In this document: one piece after another, positions 56,871-64,000 of the stretch
Numbering within the stretch: the stretch's first letter is position 1
Layout: each line of letters starts with the position of its first letter
Source of the DNA: Felis catus
Taxonomy: Eukaryota
Direction of reading: 5' to 3'
Assembly (NCBI RefSeq): GCF_018350175.1
Contig: NC_058369.1
Location: forward strand, 22,198,001 to 22,262,000
DNA: 64,000 bases
Made by a program: the position numbers and the translations under genes
Notes under the pieces: generated by a model
What the model saw: the letters and a program-made list of their open reading frames with translations, nothing else
Told to the model about the DNA's origin: nothing
Databases searched by the model: none

Positions 56871-58706
56871 GTGAACCGAGGCGGGGGACCTCCCTGAGAG
56901 CTGCTGGAGTCTCCATGTAAAGCGACAGGAGCCAGAGCGAGGGCAGTGGAGGTGGGGTAGAGGAGGGTACGGCCGACCGAAGCTCTCCTTGGGAAGTAGA
57001 ATGGAGAAGACTTGGTGCCCTGAACATTTATTTACTCGCTTGAGTGACCATGATCGTGGTGGCGTGCCCCTCTGCTGCCAGAGCACCTGTCCCCATGGGC
57101 CGTGCATCAGCAGTGGCCTCTCGGGGATGGGTCCAGATCCCCACCCCATCCCTGTAGTTTTCACACCATACCAAGCTGTCTGTGAGCCCCAACTGAGATT
57201 TGTTCTCCTTCCTTAGAGCTCACAGGGAACCGCTTTGAGTCAGTGTAGCAGTAGCAACAGAAGAGAATTCTCCTTTCTGAAGGAGATGGAAACTGCGACT
57301 CTGCCCCTAGAAATCCAGCCAGTCCACACGACAGCTGGGCCCTCTCCCTGCAGGTCTGAGGTGCTTCTGGGATCGGGGGTTTTACTGCTCCAGGGTTGCG
57401 GGGCCAGCTCTAGACAGAACCCACTGTAACAGAGTGGGGTCTACACTGCATCTTAGGCTTTCAAAAAATCTTTGGAGAAAAACTCTTTGTTCCCTGCCCT
57501 GAAAGTCCAGAAACCCTTGTTGGCAAGTCCTTGGGATCTTTGCCACTGTCTTTGCTTCTCTGTAGCCTGGACTCCGGATGTAGGTACAGAGAATAAGCCA
57601 CCGAAGTTGACTTTTTTTTCTTAAATTTTCCAGTACCAGCCTCTTTTCTGCTTTCCAAGAACAAGATGGGTTCCAGCTCATGGCTGCCGTTTTGTGTTTA
57701 CGTTTCCAGACCTTTTTACATAAAGGATCTAAGTATCCTTGAGGCACAAAGTGGTCCATTTTGCCGATTCAGAAACTTTCTGGGAAAAGCAAATGCACAT
57801 GCTAGCCATCCTGGCTGCCAGTGCTAGTTTTGGAGACAGACATGGTTCGTCTCAGGGCTAGAAATTTAGGTGGGATGAGTCACGTGAACACAAGATTCCA
57901 GGCTGCTAATAGGGAAGAGAAAAATTGTTACAAATCTCTTAGGATGGCTTGCCAGCCAAAAATAAGAAGTTTGGAACTATTAACAATTACAAGTAGCACT
58001 TAACTCAGCTCTGACCACGTGCCAGGCGTCCCCCGAAATCTTAGCATCCATGATCTCCCTTAATCCCAGCTAGGCGTGCCACCTGCATTTGCAGGGGAGG
58101 TAACTGGGGCCCAGAGAGGGTGTCACTCACTCAAGTCCCCTCCCCAGCTCTCAGGGCTGGTGTTCAAGGGACCAGGAGCGGGAAGAGGAACAGGAGGTGG
58201 GGGTCCTGCCCTGGAAGACCAGACAGAGCCACCGCGAGGACTCACAGGAAGCACTACATGACAGCCCCACGGGGCAGGGTTCCCTGAAGGACACTCCCTG
58301 TGCTAGGAACAGTGAGGACCCAAGTCCCAAGCCCTGTGCCTGGCTGGTTGTACCTGGTGTATTATTTCACCCCTCATGACAGCCTTAAGGACGTGCCCTG
58401 AAGGGAGGCCCGACCCCAGGACGCAGGGATGGCCGCTTAGCAGAAGGGGAGAGAAGAAGACTTGAACAGTGAGGTGATTAAACAGTGGGGCTTAAAAACA
58501 AGCAAAGCACACCATTTAGTGCCAGCATTTGCATTTCATGATAAAGCTTTGATCTGTGTCAGCTCCAGGGTCCCCACAGATGGTGGGTACTCTCCCAGCG
58601 AGTTGTTGAATTGAACTACATGTCGACTGGAAAGAAGGTGAGGGATAAACTGAGAATAAACACCGTCAAGGGACGTGGTCATCCTCCATCATTTGCCTTC
58701 TGTTGA

Positions 58707-58862
<156 letters not shown>

Positions 58863-59943
58863 TGAGCGAGGGACGCCATACCCCACATTGGGTTCTCCCA
58901 TCTAGGCCTTTCCTTGTCCTGTCTGGGCCTTCCCCTGGGGAGGGGGTGGTGAGTGCTGAGCCAGCTGGCTGTCCCTGCCTTCCCCATCCCTTCCCGCCTG
59001 CCTTTATGCTTCACTTTGTCCCCGAGAGTTTTGAGGTGACCCCTGCCTCTGCCACTGCTTGCTACAGAGCAGAAGAAACGGGAGGTTAGGGCAGAGACAG
59101 GACCGTCACAAATACATTCACTCCAGCTGTCCCTTCCTACTGTGTGATCTTCAGAGAGGGACTCCACCGTGCTGAGCTGTAGCTCCTTTCTCTATTGAAA
59201 AGAAATACACCTCCATCAGAAGTCCTGAGGATGAGATGAGAGGAGACCTGCGGGAGCCCCTCTGCGGGGTGGGCACAGAGCTGGCACCTGGGGACTGTTC
59301 AAAGGAGCCTCTCCCTAGCTGAGACCAAACCAGAGTGGTCTTCATGGCCACACCCAGCCCTGGAGCATGGCCATTGGGGTCGGCTCGGTGATGACTCCAG
59401 AGATGGGACAGAAAGCAAGTTGAGGAGTGACCAGGAGGTGGGAGGCTGGAGGCTGTGAAGGACCCAGTTGTTGACACCCTGGACCAGAAGGAAGAGTGGC
59501 CAGCAAGGCACGCCTACAGTCTGCAGACGGCTGTTTTCTGGCAGCCCCAGAGTGCTAGGCGAACCTCTCCACAAAGCCAGTCTCTCCAAGCTCCCAGGTA
59601 CCCCTTGCAGGGTGCACACCCATAGCTGGCCCCAGCCAGTGTCTCCGAGCGATGCGGAAGGCAGGGTGGTCTTAGGTACTGACAGGTTAGTGGAGGAGAC
59701 AGGCATCAGCCCATATAATGAAAGACCAGGATTCTGTGGTGCTGACGAGTACATGCAGTAGGGATTGCAAGAGTCTCATTTGGGGGAAATTTAGTCTGAT
59801 CTTTAAGGATGGAGGCAGGGTTTAGAACAGGCAGCTGAGAAGGAGAAGACATTGTAGCTGGAGGCGGTGGGAAGGAAGGGGTGGGTCTTGGCTGTGGGAG
59901 GGTAGGACAGATCAGACTGCATAGACCTTGAATTCCGAAATAA

Positions 59944-60285
<342 letters not shown>

Positions 60286-61358
60286 TAGTTCTTGGCCAAC
60301 ACATTGGTTTTAATGAAAGTTATCTCCAGCAAGCCCACAGGGTGTTTGCAGAATGCTTTATGTATCCGCTAGAGCATTCAGGCCCACAGCTAAAGAAGGC
60401 TCTTTGGCCTTTTGGTGTCATGATTTGGGGTAACAGGAGGACCATTCCAGAAAAAGAGAGGCTTCAGTGGGAAGGAAACCCAAGACTCAGATGGCTGGAG
60501 CAGGGGTTTTCTCGGTGGAGGGCTTACCGTTGGGGAATGAGATTACGGTTGCAAAACGGAAAGCTTATATTTTCTCAACCAAAATGAAATATTTAAAACT
60601 AGTTTCCACTTATCTTTCAACATACTGTTGAAAAGGTTTCAGAAGAAATAGATAGCTTTCAGAAAATGATATTTTTGAAATGTTCTTCTCCAGACTGAAT
60701 TTACCATCGTAATTACCCAGAATGTCCCTTCAACTGGAGTTTAGAGACAGAACTAACAGGCATGCTTATTTCCTTTTGTTATTTGTCATAAAATAACTGA
60801 CTAAACTTTTTCAGATGTATATATATATATGATACACATATATATAATATATATGCTGTTTTTCCATTTTTTGTTTAAGTACACCGGACTTAGACGTGGA
60901 GGTGGTTGTTTTGTGACTATTTCGTTTTCAGTTTTAAAGGTGCAGCATCCGTGGGCTTAGTGCCACCACACCCACATTCTAGCCGTCCCCAGCCCTGGGC
61001 CCATTGTGAGCACCATTTTGCTTTACGACCAACTGAACTTTTCTAGCGTCACCTCTCCTGCAGCTTTCCAGGTTGGTCCTGGCTCAGGCCTAGAAGCCGA
61101 CCCAGGACCCTGGGCCAGGACATGGCCAAGGCCTCTCTCTCTGACGTGACAATTCTGGCTCTTGGGTGGCAGAGAGAGAGAGACAGGAGCATGGTGGCCC
61201 GCTCTGGCCCTCTGCATGAAGCCAGAGCAGTGTGAGCTTTTGCCACCGGACGGAGTCCCCAGTAGCTGGTGGAGCCACCTGCTCAGAGCAGGGGATGATG
61301 GCCCCAAAGAAATGAGAAAGGCAAAAAAACCAACAAGCAAAACCCCCCAAACACCAAA

Positions 61359-61383
61359 GAACAACAACAACAACAACAACAAC
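61359..61383 (+). repeat. (AAC)n microsatellite
   Basis: about 8 AAC copies. Confidence 0.9.
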
Positions 61384-61591
61384 CCCCCACACTCCCACGT
61401 AGAGAACGCTGGCTCCCCACAGGAGAACGGATACTGCACATTTAAAACGACTCTTTGGTTTTCGTTCTTTTCCTCGCAGCTGCTGCACCCAGTGCTCGCA
61501 TGGCTTAGATAAATTGCTTTCTTAAAATTGTTGTAACGATGTGCTTGAGCTTTTTCTGCAGCCTCCATTCCTTTCAAGTCTCAGTCTTTCA

Positions 61592-61646
61592 GAATATTCT
61601 GAAGCAATTCTGTTTTAGGGTGGTGGCATGGAATCAGGGTTATCTC
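61592..61646 (+). promoter_or_regulatory. Likely editing-site complementary sequence (ECS) for ADAR editing of the exon 41 IQ motif
   Basis: 61592-61634 pairs without gaps (Watson-Crick plus G-U, about 5 mismatches) with recalled human exon 41 sequence GTTCTATGCCACTTTCCTGATACAGGACTACTTTAGGAAATTC; located in intron 40. Confidence 0.8.
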
Positions 61647-64000
61647 TTGGCAGCCGTATTCCCCTACGATGTTTCTGAAACACAGATGCATGCTTCAGAA
61701 TAGCGGCTGCGCCCCTCCGAGTAAACCCTCCTCCCAGGGCCGGCAGGCCCTCCCCGCCTCACCTCACCTCTGTCCACACGCCGCCTTCTTCACAAACCAG
61801 TCTCACCCCGACATCTTGGCGAGCGTGTTCACATCACTGTGAAGCTTTATTTCTCTTAATTATACCAGAAAGAGAAGGTCTAGAGTTTGGCTCACCCTGT
61901 AAGCACCCTTCCTCTGAAAAACAGGTCAACTTTTAGCCCTGCTAGACTGCCAACAGAGGCTAAATATCCCTCCGCTTTCTTGGCTCAATAACTGGGCCTG
62001 GCCTTTTCTCTCTATTTCTCAGAAAAGATCGGGGTTCAGGATGACAGGTGTTACCCTCTTCCAGAATGGCAGCAGGGGGCTTGGTGGAACCCAAGAAGAA
62101 GGCAGTGGGGCCTTGGCAGGAGGTAGAATGCCGTGGGGCTCCCATCATTGATATGCTCCTGGGGTGGTGCTCACCCAGGCCCAATCTCAGATAAGTGCTA
62201 CTGCGCTGAAGAGGTTCACGAGGCAGTGCCTCTCAGGCATCGGGGGACAAACTCTGAATGAAGTCAGGGCAGGGTTTAGTGCCTGCGTTTGCCACTTGGC
62301 TCTTTGTTTTTTCTTTTCTCTTCCAGTAGACCAGGGGTTCCCAGACTCACCCACATCATGGCACCCTTGGAAAATGGGAATGTCGGGCCAGCCCTCTGGG
62401 CCAGCAGACGGATAGATCCCCAGGGCCACGGGGCTCAGGCTGTAACCCGGTCGGAGCAGCAGACCCCGCCAGGCTGGCTGCTCCTGGCGCCTGGGACCGG
62501 CCCATGTGGGGTGCTCAGGGAGCCCCTTACAGGACTGGTGACAGCAGGGCTTTGTAGCCCAGGGGGTGTGAGGTGGCCCCCAGGCCATCACAAGCTTGAG
62601 AAGGAGGTGACATCCAGGGGCCAGCCTCGGAGGAACAGTGCAGGGGCCTGTGGCTGCAGGCACAGCCCATCCGTTCTCTCTACCATCTGGGCTAAGTGGT
62701 CTCCTTGCCCATCTCTGCATCTTGCTCATGTTCTCTCTCTGCTCTGCTCTTTAGTCTTCTGCCATTTCATGGCTCTTTGCCCTTTCTTTAGAAGTCCCCT
62801 CTCCTCCCAGAGGCTGTCCTTGCCTTTGGGCCTCTACTCCTTGACCTGGATCTCCGGCTCCTTTGCCCCGAAGAGTGCAAAAAGCTGACCCCATCTCTTT
62901 CTCTCCAGGCCTGAGCCCGGATGGCCTCACTGCATCCGTTCCTTCTGTCCCTTCCTTTTCTAACCTGCTGTAGCTTTGACTTTTTCTGTTCTTGAGAGCT
63001 CATCCTCAGCCCAGCCTCAATTAACTTAGCATCTCAGTGGAGAAGGCCAAGTGGTGGGCCTGCCTGTGCTCTGGAGCGGCCGCTCGGGCAGAACCATAGT
63101 CTGCGCTGAGCCCCCTGTTGCCCCCGGTTCTGGGCCGGGAGAGCCCCCTGGGCCTCAGGAGCCCCCTGGGCCATTTCGGCTCCAGGGAGAAGAGGGTTAG
63201 GCCTGTATTTTCAGGAAACGTCCCAGTATGGAATGAGGTGGGCCTTCTGCAGACCCAGTGTGTTTTTTCTGGGAGCCCACGGAGAAGACGTGACACCATG
63301 GGCTGCAGGGGACAGCTGTAGTACGGTAGGCAGAGTCTTCCTGGGCTTTCGGGGTTGTCTGCTGGCAGCTGTGAGCCGCCCGCGGAACGCAGCTCGGTAC
63401 AGAGACATACTCTGGGGGAGGCAGCCCCAAAGAAGTCCCTCTGTGTGGCCAGAGCTGGGCCATCCCTGAGGGGGTAACGAGGAGGGGAGCTCGGGCTTGG
63501 GAGGCCTGCTGCCCTGGGCTCACATCCCAGTTGCACTGGCCAAGACAAGTCCTTCAGCCCCACCCCGCCTGTCGGAGGGACCAACAGGTCCCCCATCTCA
63601 GAGCTGTCGTGAAGAGGCCATGAGACCCACATGGAGTTCCTCTGGGAGCATGGGTGCCCCAGAGTAACAGCAGCTAGAACCAGTATTCCAGATGCATCCT
63701 GGGCAAAATGTGGAGTGGCTTAGGAGCAAAGCAGGGCTGAAGTCCTGAGACCTGAACGGTCTGTTCACCTCTTGGCCTCCTTGCCCATGGACAGTACATC
63801 ATTAGGCCATTTGGACCAGCCTGAGACTGATGTAGGACATGTTTTTACAAGCTACCCAAAGCCTTGGTCACTTTGGTGACCCCTGCCCCAGTCCAGGACT
63901 TCTTGGCTGAGGTTTGGGAGGAAGGCAGCACACTTCTCAAGGCCGGCCTCCCCAAGGCATCTTCTTACTCAGTAACGCTGAGTGGCTTCTGGCAGGACAC

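Noticed and set aside
60796..60860. Branch/acceptor-like ACTGACTAAACTTTTTCAG followed by an (AT)n tract
   Set aside because: Downstream sequence is simple repeat and does not encode the exon 41 IQ motif; exon 41 lies outside the window

Overview
Mammalian genomic DNA, most likely from a felid, judging by the numerous carnivore tRNA-derived CAN-SINEs including a young cat-type copy. The whole window lies inside the + strand gene CACNA1D (L-type voltage-gated Ca2+ channel alpha-1D, Cav1.3). It covers exons ~10-40 in the numbering where exon 11 and exon 32 are cassettes and exon 41 carries the IQ motif. These exons run from the I-II loop through repeats II, III and IV to the EF-hand/pre-IQ C-terminus. 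Joining exons 10, 12-21, one exon 22, 23-30, one exon 31 and 32-40 gives 3402 nt with consistent splice phases. The window also contains cassette exon 11, mutually exclusive pairs 22/22' and 31/31', a U12-type intron and a NAGNAG acceptor. Three hidden elements stand out. The first is an in-frame 30-nt microexon (IFVDQKERTL) in the IVS2-S3 linker that resembles the chicken hair-cell exon 30a. The second is an in-frame 12-nt microexon (KIVA) with a GC donor in the IVS3-S4 linker. The third is a ~43-nt intron-40 element complementary to the IQ-encoding exon 41, the likely ADAR editing-complementary sequence, with an adjacent arm that could fold back and sequester it. Comparisons with human and chicken sequences are from memory, not from alignments. 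Repeat boundaries are approximate. Most ORFs in the supplied track are spurious.
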